DNA from: a bacterium
GTDB taxonomy: Bacteria > UBP7 > UBA6624 > JBBIMK01
NCBI GenBank assembly: GCA_037444445.1
Contig: JBBIMK010000008.1
Coordinates: 37,497-69,496 of the forward strand
Length of the DNA: 32,000 nt
Reading direction: 5' to 3'
Part shown: positions 18,089-27,311 of the stretch, piece after piece
How the letters are laid out: each line of letters begins with the position of its first letter
How positions within the stretch are numbered: position 1 is the first letter of the stretch
Made by a program: the position numbers and the translations under genes
The notes under the pieces: model-generated
Database searches by the model: none
What the model was told of the DNA's origin: nothing
Seen by the model: only the letters and a program-made list of their open reading frames with translations

Positions 18089-19909
18089 CTACCTCCTTTG
18101 TAGATATTCCTGGATGCTTATAATCGGAGGTCTTCTGTGTTCTTCTACTACTTGCGTTTCCAGATGAAGTTTTTGGGGCTCGTAAATGATTCGCCTCAAA
18201 ACTGTTGAAGCGGTATCCAGCAGGTAAAGTTTTTTCTTCTCCTCCGCCCTTTTCAGAATAATTTGTTGAAGGGCAAACGACATTCTGGAAAGGGAGGAAA
18301 GGGATTGGTGCCGATGCCGAACCATCTGGACATCCACCTGGGCAACAGAAAACAGACCAAACTCCTCCAGAATATCCAGGAGGTGGCCAATCTCCACACC
18401 GTAACAGGTGTAAAAAGAGAGGTGTTCCAGGATGTTCCTCCTGCCTGCGTAAATGCCGGAAAGTGGCTGTATGATACCGGATAATTCCGGATAGAAAAGG
18501 TTGAGCAAAGGGCGAACAACCAGTTCTGTCACCCTTCCTCCACCGGTGCTGTGGACTACGCCGTCCAGAATCAGAGGCCTTCGGAAATACCCTTTCACAT
18601 ATCCGACCCTGGAATAGTAAAGCAAAGGCCCCAGAACTCCATAAACGAATTTCGGGTGAGGATTCTTAATATCTGTGTCCATCCACGCTATCAGGTCCCC
18701 TTTCAAAATGTGCAGACTCTTCCAGAGTGCTTCTCCTTTCCCCTGAAAAGTTCCATATTTACGGAGAATTTTAGGATGCTGAAACACGGGAATCTTTCTG
18801 GAGCGAGCAATTTCAACAGTTTTATCCTTGCTTCCAGAATCTATGACCACGATCTCATCCAGCAGAGGATATTCATCCATTAGCACAGGTTTGAGCGTAT
18901 CCAAGATATTCGCGAGGGTGGATTCTTCGTTTAGAGCAGGGAGACCAAGACTAATGGTCAAGCCCAGGACTTTTTTTCTTTCCACCAGTTTTTTCAGGTC
19001 GCGGAATTCCCGGAAGTGAAAAGTATTTTCAGCAAACCACTTCTCAATATAGCTTTCTTTCGGCAGAGCGGGTAGGGGAGAAAAGAAAAAGGGTTCTAAC
19101 GGACGGACGGTCCGAACAATCAGAGTGATTCTTCCAGAGGACTCAGCAATCTTGCGGGCCCTCACTCCGGTGGAAAGGGCTGAATTCGGGCCTCTGGCGC
19201 CCATGACGATGATGTGATGGCTTTTAGCCGCTCGGAGCACCTCTTCCACAAGGTTTCCGGATGTGGTAAGAAATTGAGTTACACGAGGGCTCTTGAGAGC
19301 GGAATCCAGCACCATTGCATAGGGACGGTCTGCTTCCAGGTCATAAGCGGGTTCAGTTTCTGGAATCTTATGAAGTAGAGTCACTTCTCCGTCACAGGTG
19401 TTTGCAATTTGCACTGCGATTTTCAGAGCCAATTCTGCGTAGGGACCACCCCGCACTGGAAGTAGAATTCGGCACTTCTTCTGAAGTAGAGGTGAAGAAA
19501 GGGGGAAGCGAACGACCCCTGCATCACAGGGAGGATTTTCCATTAACTGGTCAATGATTCTGCTGTAAAAATTCCGGGTTTTTTTACGGCGCAGTTTCCA
19601 GATGAGCAATAAGAAGTCCGCATTCATTTCCTGAGCATGATGGTGAACTTCTTCATAAGCGTTTTTTGATACCTTCACCACACACTCACAGGATGTGTTC
19701 TCAGGAAGCGAGAAACGGGAGATTTTCTGGTGAAGGAGGGCACGCTTTCTACGGAGGTCAAGAGCCACACGACTCATCTGGTCTATTTTTTTTCGCTCTA
19801 TAACCAGTAAAAACCGAATCAGTAAAGGCTCTTCACCCTTCCAGAAAAGAAGGAAAGGAAGCAGATGATGAGCGTCATCAGGCGATGAAATGGGAACCAG
19901 AATTCTCAT
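18089..19909 (-). CDS. gpgS: Two USP-like domains fused to glucosyl-3-phosphoglycerate synthase (GT81-type)
   Basis: The C-terminal 300 aa closely resemble my recollection of mycobacterial GpgS (LPALNEE, IVVIDSGSKD, QGKGEALWKSL, DTDI, VKGYFRRPL, GGGRVTELVVRPLLNLFYPELSGIIQPLSGIYAGRR, GYGVEIG-like CYGVEIGHLLD). The N-terminal 290 aa look like two universal-stress-protein folds (RILVPIS...ADFLLLIW...; RILLPVRGGPYAELAL...HHIIVMGARG...). Confidence 0.85.
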   Translation of the reverse strand: MRILVPISSPDDAHHLLPFLLFWKGEEPLLIRFLLVIERKKIDQMSRVALDLRRKRALLHQKISRFSLPENTSCECVVKVSKNAYEEVHHHAQEMNADFLLLIWKLRRKKTRNFYSRIIDQLMENPPCDAGVVRFPLSSPLLQKKCRILLPVRGGPYAELALKIAVQIANTCDGEVTLLHKIPETEPAYDLEADRPYAMVLDSALKSPRVTQFLTTSGNLVEEVLRAAKSHHIIVMGARGPNSALSTGVRARKIAESSGRITLIVRTVRPLEPFFFSPLPALPKESYIEKWFAENTFHFREFRDLKKLVERKKVLGLTISLGLPALNEESTLANILDTLKPVLMDEYPLLDEIVVIDSGSKDKTVEIARSRKIPVFQHPKILRKYGTFQGKGEALWKSLHILKGDLIAWMDTDIKNPHPKFVYGVLGPLLYYSRVGYVKGYFRRPLILDGVVHSTGGGRVTELVVRPLLNLFYPELSGIIQPLSGIYAGRRNILEHLSFYTCYGVEIGHLLDILEEFGLFSVAQVDVQMVRHRHQSLSSLSRMSFALQQIILKRAEEKKKLYLLDTASTVLRRIIYEPQKLHLETQVVEEHRRPPIISIQEYLQRR

Positions 19910-20046
19910 TCCTCTGCGTCATCTCCCATATCTTCATTTTATCGTGAATGATAGAAAATCAGAAGCCCTCAGTATGCGGAGGGTTGGCTTGCGGTCGTTC
20001 CCTGAAAGAAGTGTGGTAAGATAGGGTAGCAGGAGGGAGATAAAAT

Positions 20047-22728
20047 ATGTGCTCACCAGGAGGGTTTTTCAAGAGATGGCAGATAGGATGGGTGGTGGCG
20101 TGTTTGATGATTTTTTCCAGTATAGGGGGACGACAGGGCATAGAAGATTTAGAGGATTGGCCCCGAAGGACCAAACGAGCAGAAGAAGAAACGACTTTTG
20201 ATGAACGGGTGAAAGGGGCAGAAGTGCAGAAGGGATTATTCACGCTGTATCGCAGGAAAGACCATTTATACCTGGAGATTCAGCCTTCGCAGCTGGAAAA
20301 AAATTTCATCATGATTCTCACGCTGGAAAAGGGGCTGGGAATTCGCGACCTACTGGGTGGCTTGCCTATAGATGAATATGTACTGACTTTCCGCAGGATG
20401 GAGGATAAAGTGTTGTGGATAAAGCGAAACCCCTATTTTCGTGCGGCGAAAGGAACGCCGGTGGAAAGAGCCGTGGAACATGCTTTCTCGGATTCCATTC
20501 TGACTACCCTTCCTATTGAGGCAGAACATCCAAAGACAGGAGCTCTTCTGATAGATATTCAAAAATATCTGCTGTCGGACATTCCCGCTCTTTCCTTTGC
20601 TCTCCAGCAGGCTCTGGGAGAGGAGTATTCGCTGAATAAAGATGCCAGCCATCTCTCTTATCTCAAAGTATTTCCGGAGAATATAGAATTCGGAGTGCTG
20701 TATAACTATGTGACTTCAAAGCCCAATTACATAGAAGGGCTTCCGGATGCCCGGAGTGTGGAACTGGGGGTTCGTTATAGTGTTTCCGAGTTGCGGGAGA
20801 CGGATTATCGCCCGCGTCTGGCAGACGACCGCGTGGGGTATTTTCTCGTGGCGCTCAAAGATTTTTCCAGCGACAATCCCCGAAGCCCTTTCGTTCGGTA
20901 TATCATTCGCTGGAATCTGCAGAAAGCGGACCCAACCGCCACCATTTCTCCACCGAAAAAGCCCATTGTATTCTGGGTTGAGAACACTGTTCCGGTGGAG
21001 TATCGGGAGGCTGTAAGGGAAGGAATTTTAATGTGGAATAAAGCCTTTGAAAAGGCAGGCTTCAGGGATGCCATCGTGGCGAAAATTCAGCCGGATGATG
21101 CGGACTGGGATGCGGCAGATGTCCGTTACAATACCATCCGCTGGATTACTTCCAGCGATGTCTCCTTCGGTGGAATCGGACCTGCCCGTGTCAATCCCCT
21201 GACGGGGGAGATTCTGGATGCGGACATCCTCATAGAAAATGAAACGGTTCGGGGAATTCGCCAGTATTATCGTCGGATAATTGCACCACGCTCCAGCACT
21301 TTTCCAGCCTTTCCTTTCCAGCCATCGTTTAATTTCTGCGAGTTTGGAAGCGTGCTTCAGACGGAAGCAAGTTTTGCGCTTCTGGCGATGACAGCCCGTG
21401 GGGATTTGCCGCCCGAGGATGTGCCTCCTGAATTTGTCCACGCCTATATTCGGGAACTCGTGGGGCACGAGGTAGGGCATGTGCTGGGGCTACGCCACAA
21501 TTTTAAGGGCAGTTTATTGCATAAATTGGAGGATGTGAACCGCCCGGAATTGACACGACAAACCGGCCTCTCCTCCTCCATTATGGACTATATACCGGTG
21601 AACCTGGCTCCTAAAGACATGCCACAGGGTGAGTATTTCACCAGCACGGTAGGCCCCTGGGATGTATGGATGATTGAGTACGGGTATAAACCCATAGATG
21701 CCCGCACTCCGGAAGAGGAATTGGTAGAACTCCGGAAAATTGCATCCCTGACTGTCCTTCCTGAACATGCTTATGGCACGGATGAAGATACTTTCGGCTG
21801 GTCGGAAGAACCGGTTACACCAGACCCTACTTCCAACTGGAGTGATTTAAGTGATGACCCCATAGCCTGGGCGGAACGAAGAATCCAGATTGCTCAGGAA
21901 GTTTTGCCACGGCTGATTGACCGCTCCATACCGGAAGGGGAAGGATACGAATTGCTTCGTCAGAACTTTCATACTTTGCTGATGATGATACGGAATAATA
22001 CTCAGGTATTTGCTAAATTTATCGGGGGTCAATATATGAGGAGAATGCATAAAGGGGATGGGGAAGGTCTGCTTCCCATGGAAGTCGTGCCTGCAAAGGA
22101 GCAAAGGCGGGCTTTAGAACTATTGAACCGCTATCTCTTTCTGGATACTTTTTTCCAATTCCCACCGGAATTACTGAATCGCCTTTCACCGAGCCGATGG
22201 GCGCACTGGGGAAGCGATACATTTTCTTCCGCTCGTTTAGACTACCCCTTACACGAAGTCATCTTAGAGATGCGAGCCGCGGCTCTGCGGCGTCTTCTCC
22301 ACCCCTATGTCTTGAGCAGAATTCAAGAGGGTGAGAAGAAGATGCTCCAGGGAAAAGAAGCCTACAGTCTTGCAGAACTTTTTGATTTTTTGCGAGCGGC
22401 CATCTGGAGCGAACTTTCTCAAAAGCCTCCGGCTGGAGGATATTCGGAGCAATCTCCTTTCATATCCAGTTTTCGGCGGGAATTTCAAAAGGAATTTATC
22501 CATCAGTTCATTGACCTGATGCTGGCTCCCGCTGAAGGAACTCCTGAGGATGCCCGGACCCTTGCCTGGGCAACTCTGACTCATCTTCAGAACGAAATTC
22601 GGGAGGTCTTGAGTTCAGATGTGGGGAAAGGGCTGGATTTACTCAGTCGGACTCATCTGGAAGAGACGAAGGTGCGAATTCAGCGGGCATTGGAAGCTCG
22701 GTTTCTTGTTCGTGCGGATTCCCTCTAA
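20047..22728 (+). CDS. Large secreted zinc-dependent metalloprotease (met-zincin; HEVGHVLGLRHNF)
   Basis: 893-aa ORF with an SD (AGGAGGGAG) and a hydrophobic N-terminus (IGWVVACLMIFSSIGG). It has the HExxHxxGxxH zincin motif HEVGHVLGLRHNF followed by SIMDY. The overall layout is typical of the large uncharacterised bacterial zinc-dependent metalloprotease family. Confidence 0.85.
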   Translation: MCSPGGFFKRWQIGWVVACLMIFSSIGGRQGIEDLEDWPRRTKRAEEETTFDERVKGAEVQKGLFTLYRRKDHLYLEIQPSQLEKNFIMILTLEKGLGIRDLLGGLPIDEYVLTFRRMEDKVLWIKRNPYFRAAKGTPVERAVEHAFSDSILTTLPIEAEHPKTGALLIDIQKYLLSDIPALSFALQQALGEEYSLNKDASHLSYLKVFPENIEFGVLYNYVTSKPNYIEGLPDARSVELGVRYSVSELRETDYRPRLADDRVGYFLVALKDFSSDNPRSPFVRYIIRWNLQKADPTATISPPKKPIVFWVENTVPVEYREAVREGILMWNKAFEKAGFRDAIVAKIQPDDADWDAADVRYNTIRWITSSDVSFGGIGPARVNPLTGEILDADILIENETVRGIRQYYRRIIAPRSSTFPAFPFQPSFNFCEFGSVLQTEASFALLAMTARGDLPPEDVPPEFVHAYIRELVGHEVGHVLGLRHNFKGSLLHKLEDVNRPELTRQTGLSSSIMDYIPVNLAPKDMPQGEYFTSTVGPWDVWMIEYGYKPIDARTPEEELVELRKIASLTVLPEHAYGTDEDTFGWSEEPVTPDPTSNWSDLSDDPIAWAERRIQIAQEVLPRLIDRSIPEGEGYELLRQNFHTLLMMIRNNTQVFAKFIGGQYMRRMHKGDGEGLLPMEVVPAKEQRRALELLNRYLFLDTFFQFPPELLNRLSPSRWAHWGSDTFSSARLDYPLHEVILEMRAAALRRLLHPYVLSRIQEGEKKMLQGKEAYSLAELFDFLRAAIWSELSQKPPAGGYSEQSPFISSFRREFQKEFIHQFIDLMLAPAEGTPEDARTLAWATLTHLQNEIREVLSSDVGKGLDLLSRTHLEETKVRIQRALEARFLVRADSL

Positions 22729-22861
22729 ACTCACCAGCCTTCCTCTGATTCCACTCACCCGATAAATCAATTCACACTATGGAAGCCAGCGCAAAGTATG
22801 CCCGGCAAATCATAGCACGGTTTTAGAGAGCAGACCCCAAAAAGGTGCGCTGATTTTTATG

Positions 22862-24436
22862 TTAAATGAAGAGGCCCAGTCTACCGAAATAGAAAGAGAG
22901 AGAAGAGTTATATATGTTCGTTAAAAGGCCGGGGAGAACGCCAAAAAGAACGATAAAAAAACTGGGGATGGCAAGGCTGAGCACCTCACGACGGTCCATA
23001 TCTGTCAGATGTTTCCAGGTTTCATTCAGCGGTCCCATGAACATCCGTTGAAGCATCCAGAGAGTATAGCCGGCGGTGATGACGATAGCCGGTGCGGCGC
23101 AGATTGCCAGCAGTCGGAAGGTATAGATTCCGTTCCAGAGGTAGAAGGTGTTTCTGAAGGCCCCCAGATAAGCCAGGGCTTCGCCCCAGAAGCCAGAGAG
23201 CCCGGGCAGAGCCAGGTTTGCCATCCCCACGAGGCCGAAGAAGGCAAAATAAGTGCTCATAACGGCGCCCAGGCCTCCAAACTCGCTCATAATTCGGGTA
23301 TGTGCTCGGTCATAAATCACGCCAGTCAGCAAGAAGAGTGCTCCGGAAACGAATCCATGACTGACCATCACAAACATGCCGGCAGAGGCACCTTCCGGTG
23401 TCTGGGTTGCCAACCCGAATAGCACATATCCCATATGGCTTACACTTGCCATGGCAATCAGAGTTTTCAAATCTGCCTGCGCCATGGCTACCAGAGCGGC
23501 ATACACGATGGAAACCACACCGATGAGGGCAATGAGAATCGCCAGATGCTTCACCGCATCTGGAAAGGTCGGGAAGACAAAACGATAAAACCCATATCCC
23601 CCCGTCTTCAGGAGCAATCCCGCCAGGATAACGCTGATAGGCGTAGGGGCTTCCACATGGGCATCCGGTAGCCAGGTATGAAAAGGCACAATGGGAACTT
23701 TTACACCAAAGCCCAGCAGAAAAAGGAAAAACGCAGTAACCTGGAGAGAAAGGGGTAGTTGATGAGTGGTTCGCGCCAGGACGAACGAATTGAAGGTGAG
23801 TTCTTCCGGCTTCAATCCGCTATGCCAGTAAATGAGCAGAATGCCGAAGAGAAGGGCAATACTTCCCGCGAGTGTAAACAGGAAAAATTTAATAGCGGCA
23901 TAGATTCGCCTCGGCCCTCCCCAGATGCCAATGAGAAAATACATAGGCACCAGCATCAATTCCCACATAATAAAGAAGAGAAAATAATCCATAGATATAA
24001 ACACTCCGATAATGCTCATCTCCAGTAAAAGGAATAAGATGGAATATTCCTTCACCCGGAAATGGATGCTCCAGGAGCCGAGAGCGGCGGCGACGAAAAG
24101 AATGGCAGTGAGCATCACCATAGCCAGGCTGATGCCATCCACCTGCACATGATAATAAGCGCCAATCTGAGGAAACCAGGGAATCATCAGCCCGAATTCT
24201 CTTTGAAATCCTCCCTTCATATAGTCATACAGCGTCATCATATAGCCCACTTCTCCGGCGACTACGAGAGTGACCAGAAGGGTGAAGGTTCGGATGGCTT
24301 TCTCTTTTGCGGGAGGAAAGAAAGTCAGGAGGATAAGACCGATGAGAGGAGTAAAAAGAATCAGGGTAGGTAAATTGGTTATCATCGCACGAAGAATCTC
24401 CACAGCGGGCAGTAAGGTTACCTGTGCTTCTTCCAT
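22862..24436 (-). CDS. nuoM: NADH-quinone oxidoreductase (complex I-like) subunit M
   Basis: 524 aa and polytopic. The signature WELMLVPMYFLIGIWGGPRRIYAAIKFFLFTLAGS and HTWLPDAHVEAPT are typical of NuoM/ND4. Confidence 0.9.
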   Translation of the reverse strand: MEEAQVTLLPAVEILRAMITNLPTLILFTPLIGLILLTFFPPAKEKAIRTFTLLVTLVVAGEVGYMMTLYDYMKGGFQREFGLMIPWFPQIGAYYHVQVDGISLAMVMLTAILFVAAALGSWSIHFRVKEYSILFLLLEMSIIGVFISMDYFLFFIMWELMLVPMYFLIGIWGGPRRIYAAIKFFLFTLAGSIALLFGILLIYWHSGLKPEELTFNSFVLARTTHQLPLSLQVTAFFLFLLGFGVKVPIVPFHTWLPDAHVEAPTPISVILAGLLLKTGGYGFYRFVFPTFPDAVKHLAILIALIGVVSIVYAALVAMAQADLKTLIAMASVSHMGYVLFGLATQTPEGASAGMFVMVSHGFVSGALFLLTGVIYDRAHTRIMSEFGGLGAVMSTYFAFFGLVGMANLALPGLSGFWGEALAYLGAFRNTFYLWNGIYTFRLLAICAAPAIVITAGYTLWMLQRMFMGPLNETWKHLTDMDRREVLSLAIPSFFIVLFGVLPGLLTNIYNSSLSFYFGRLGLFI

Positions 24437-24443
24437 TCTCTAT

Positions 24444-26399
24444 CTATCCTCCTTTGAACAGGAATTTCATGAGAATCAGAATCAGGGCAATGGAAGCCAG
24501 CATGGTAAGGAAATAGTTTGAGACATTGCCAGTTTGAAGGCGTCTGGAAGCGGAGGCCAGTTGCCCGGTTATCCACGCCATAAGGTTGTAAATCCCATCG
24601 ACAATTGATTTATCAAAAAAGCCGATGAAGAAACTCCACCCCACACCCAGATAGCCCATCAGGTTCACAATTCCGTCTATGACCCATTTATCAAACCCTC
24701 CTGCCACATAACTGAGGTGCAAGCCCGGATTAGTAATCAGAGTTTCGTAGGTTTCATCCACAAAGTATTTTTTTCGGAGAGTTCGTTCTAAAAGAGGGTA
24801 CCGCTTTCTCAAAAGATACTTATCCCAAGCACCCACACCATATATCTGATAAGCCACATAGAATCCCAGCAGAGCCATTCCCACGGATAGCCCCATGACC
24901 AGCCAGTTCGGAGCCTCTTCTGAAGGGATTGGATAAGATACAAAGATAAATTCACCGAAGGCTTTATAAAGGAATCCCAGCGTGAGAGAGAAGAAAGCGA
25001 GGATGACAAGGGGAATGGTCATCACCTGTGGGGATTCGTGGGGATGGTGGGAACATCGCGGTTTGCTCCAGAAGGTGAGATAGAGTGCCCGGAACATATA
25101 GAAAGAGGTAAAGAAGACACCCGCAAGGAGAAGGAGGAAAATGAGCCAGTGTCCATGCTCTTTGCCGTAATGAAATGCCGAGGCGAGAATCTCATCTTTG
25201 CTGAAGAAGCCAGCGAATGGGGGAATACCGATGAGGGCGAAGGTGCCGAAGACGAAAGTCCAATGGGTGGTAGGCATCCTGCGGGCCAGCCCACCCATCC
25301 GCCGCATGTCGTTGGTATGGCAGGCATGAATCACACTGCCCGCTCCCAGAAAAAGCAGGGCTTTGAAAAAGGCATGAGTGAACAGGTGGAATACACCCGC
25401 GGCATAGCCTCCTACTCCCAATCCAGCCATCATATAGCCTAACTGGCTGATAGTGGAATAAGCCAGAACCCTTTTAATATCGTGCATCGCCATGCCGATA
25501 GTAGCGGCGAAGAAACCGGTAAAAGCACCAATATAAGCCACCACAAGCAGGGCTTGTGGAGTGGAAGCAAATAGAAAATAAGTTCGCGCCACCAGGTATA
25601 CTCCTGCGGCCACCATTGTAGCGGCATGAATCAGAGCACTCACGGGTGTGGGTCCTTCCATGGCATCCGGTAGCCAGACATGGAGAGGGATTTGCGCCGA
25701 TTTCCCCACCGCTCCCCAGAACACCAGCAAAGCCACTACGGTCCACAAAAAGGCCATATCCGGGTGGTTTACAATGAATATCCTGGCATCGCTTAGAGCA
25801 AAACTGCCGGTGAACCCGAAGAGAGTCAACCAGCCGAGAAGAAATCCAATGTCGCCCGTACGGGTGGTGAGAAAGGCTTTCTTTCCCGCTTTCGCCGCAG
25901 AAGGTTTACGGAACCAGAATCCAATGAGGATGTAAGAAGTGAACCCCACGAGTTCCCAGCAGATATAGAGCAGGAGGAAATTGTCTGCCAGCACCAGTCC
26001 CAGCATGCTGGCGGTAAACAGCGAGAGAAAGCCAAAGTAACGAGGAAATCCCTCATCTCCTGCCATATATCCAGCGGAGTAAATCTGTATGCATGAGCCC
26101 ACAAGGGTTACGACAATGAGCATAACCGTTGTGAGATTATCTATTTGAATACCGATGGGGTAGACCTTATCTCCTATTGTCATAAATTTCCACGACCAGG
26201 AGAACACCCTTTCAATGCCCAGGGGCTGGATTTTAATCCAGAGGATGGCAAGGGAAAAAATCAGAGAGATGAAAACTGAGCCAATGGAAACCCAGGCGCT
26301 GTAAAGTTTTAATTGCCTGCTGAATAGCGCGATGACCCAGAAAGCCAGGAAGGGGAAAACTGGAATGAGATAAGCGTGATTGACCAGCCAGGCTACCAT
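24444..26399 (-). CDS. nuoL: NADH-quinone oxidoreductase subunit L
   Basis: 651 aa with NuoL/ND5 motifs (LLLYICWELVGFTSYILIGFW, HVWLPDAMEGPTPVSALIHAATMV). A long C-terminal extension is consistent with the lateral helix. Confidence 0.9.
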   Translation of the reverse strand: MVAWLVNHAYLIPVFPFLAFWVIALFSRQLKLYSAWVSIGSVFISLIFSLAILWIKIQPLGIERVFSWSWKFMTIGDKVYPIGIQIDNLTTVMLIVVTLVGSCIQIYSAGYMAGDEGFPRYFGFLSLFTASMLGLVLADNFLLLYICWELVGFTSYILIGFWFRKPSAAKAGKKAFLTTRTGDIGFLLGWLTLFGFTGSFALSDARIFIVNHPDMAFLWTVVALLVFWGAVGKSAQIPLHVWLPDAMEGPTPVSALIHAATMVAAGVYLVARTYFLFASTPQALLVVAYIGAFTGFFAATIGMAMHDIKRVLAYSTISQLGYMMAGLGVGGYAAGVFHLFTHAFFKALLFLGAGSVIHACHTNDMRRMGGLARRMPTTHWTFVFGTFALIGIPPFAGFFSKDEILASAFHYGKEHGHWLIFLLLLAGVFFTSFYMFRALYLTFWSKPRCSHHPHESPQVMTIPLVILAFFSLTLGFLYKAFGEFIFVSYPIPSEEAPNWLVMGLSVGMALLGFYVAYQIYGVGAWDKYLLRKRYPLLERTLRKKYFVDETYETLITNPGLHLSYVAGGFDKWVIDGIVNLMGYLGVGWSFFIGFFDKSIVDGIYNLMAWITGQLASASRRLQTGNVSNYFLTMLASIALILILMKFLFKGG

Positions 26400-26740
26400 T
26401 TTAGCCAGTTCACCTCATCAACTTCTGCCGTTTTCAAATGGCGATAAAGGAGAATTATGATGCCCAGGCCTATTCCGGCTTCTGCAACAGCAATCGTGAT
26501 GGAGAAAATCACCATAATCTGCCCGATAGGAGATTGCACATCTCGGGCTTGCATAAAGGCACCGCGGGTGACTTCCAGCCCCCAATTGCGATTAAAAGCC
26601 ACGAGGAGAATATTCACGGCATTCACCATCAACTCCATGCACATCAAAAGCGTGATGAGGTTTCTACGACTCATAAACCCATACGCACCAATTCCAAAAA
26701 GAGCCAGAGCCAGGATGATATAGTGTTCAGTCGGAACCAC
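26393..26740 (-). CDS. nuoK: NADH-quinone oxidoreductase subunit K (with a loop insertion of about 15 aa)
   Basis: VVPTEHYIILALALFGIGAYGFMSRRNLITLLMCMELMVNAVN...AVAEAGIGLGIIILLY, with both conserved Glu contexts (MEL and AEA). I chose the GTG at 26740 because AGGAGG lies 6 nt upstream. The longest ORF extends to 26779. Confidence 0.85.
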   Translation of the reverse strand: MVPTEHYIILALALFGIGAYGFMSRRNLITLLMCMELMVNAVNILLVAFNRNWGLEVTRGAFMQARDVQSPIGQIMVIFSITIAVAEAGIGLGIIILLYRHLKTAEVDEVNWLKW

Positions 26741-27311
26741 TTTCTCCCTCCTCTTTCCTGACATAAATGATGGCACCAATCATAGCCACGAGGAGAATGA
26801 CGGACATCAGTTCAAAAATCATCACATAGGTTCGTGAAAGGGATAAACCAATGACATAGGTGTTAGTTTGAGGCGTTAGCATTTCCTCTCCCCTCGCCTG
26901 AGGAATAATCTGGGAAATCTGGAGGTTATACATAGTTCGTCCTTCTACGGAAGCCACAGGCCACTGAATGCTGGTGAGGATGCGGCCCATAGAAATCATC
27001 AGGACGAGAACAACGAGAAGGGCCCAGGGGCTATGGGGCTGGGTGTTGTACAGGATACCTCCACCCTTTTGCTGGGCCACAATGACGGCAAAAAGTATCA
27101 AAACTGCTATACCACCGATGTAAAGGAGGACCTGAACAGCGGCAAGGAAGGGAGCGGTGAGGAGCACATACAGGGCAGACACGCCAAATAAACTCAAGAT
27201 CAGGGAGAAGGCAGAGTAGATTACGCGACGAGAGAAAACCACACCCAGGCCCCCGACGAGGATGATCCCTCCCCACAAATAGAAGTGAAAAACTTCAGGC
27301 GTGAGAAGCAA
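26727..27311 (-). CDS. nuoJ: NADH-quinone oxidoreductase subunit J
   Basis: Typical NuoJ sequence (VFSRRVIYSAFSLILSLFGVSALYVLLTAPFLAAVQVLLYIGGIAVLILFAVI). I chose the TTG at 27311 because GGAGGG lies 6 nt upstream. The longer ATG ORF would overlap nuoI by 119 nt. Confidence 0.85.
   Translation of the reverse strand: MLLTPEVFHFYLWGGIILVGGLGVVFSRRVIYSAFSLILSLFGVSALYVLLTAPFLAAVQVLLYIGGIAVLILFAVIVAQQKGGGILYNTQPHSPWALLVVLVLMISMGRILTSIQWPVASVEGRTMYNLQISQIIPQARGEEMLTPQTNTYVIGLSLSRTYVMIFELMSVILLVAMIGAIIYVRKEEGESGSD

Noticed and set aside
22729-22861. A remnant of nuoN or an intrinsic terminator between nuoM and the convergent protease gene.
   Set aside because: At 133 nt it is too short for any nuoN remnant. 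The only complementary segments (CAGCGCA around 22789 and TGCGCTG around 22848) are about 50 nt apart, with no U-tract of terminator quality.
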